Source: Chiloscyllium plagiosum | Taxonomy: Eukaryota | DNA: 64,000 bases | Assembly (NCBI RefSeq): GCF_004010195.1 | Contig: NC_057718.1 | Location: 21,426,735-21,490,734, forward strand | Direction: 5' to 3' | Part shown: piece by piece, positions 63,995-64,000 of the stretch | Layout: the number at the start of each line of letters is the position of its first letter | How positions within the stretch are numbered: position 1 is the stretch's first letter | Made by a program: the position numbers and the translations under genes | Notes under the pieces: model-generated | Told to the model about the DNA's origin: nothing | Database searches by the model: none | What the model saw: only the letters and a program-made list of their open reading frames with translations

Positions 63995-64000
63995 CTAACA
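63995..64000 (-). CDS. MOCS3: Possible 3' edge of the next upstream MOCS3 exon
   Basis: Minus strand reads T GTT AG|gtatat. A phase-2 donor here would give V-R-L-N-S with the 62950 exon. Only 6 nt are visible. Confidence 0.4.
   Translation of the reverse strand, partial: C

Noticed and set aside
1..64000. CRISPR arrays, operons or prokaryotic defence systems
   Set aside because: The sequence is eukaryotic (spliceosomal introns, LINEs, SINEs), and no regularly spaced repeat-spacer array is present.

Overview
Repeat-rich, AT-rich vertebrate genomic DNA with five N gaps. It is most likely from a shark or other elasmobranch, inferred from HE1-like tRNA SINEs, CR1/HER1-like LINEs, DeuSINE-like elements and abundant Penelope-like elements. 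The one host gene is the 3' two-thirds of MOCS3/UBA4 on the minus strand. I rebuilt nine coding exons by hand (62950 down to the TGA at 15465; 943 nt, about 313 aa; frame continuous), most of which the ORF track misses. Three of the eight complete introns carry U12 (minor spliceosome) signals, including an 82-nt intron with rare AT-AA termini, whereas human MOCS3 is intronless. The rest is nested transposon debris: a Gmr1-type Gypsy element (integrase before RT), a gag-only LTR element, CR1 and other LINEs, SINEs, TA-flanked MITEs and several Penelope-like families. The Penelope terminal repeats carry minimal hammerhead ribozyme motifs. A recurring 130-225 bp fold-back element built only from such a tail has 14-18 bp target-site duplications. 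Repeat boundaries are approximate unless a TSD is quoted.
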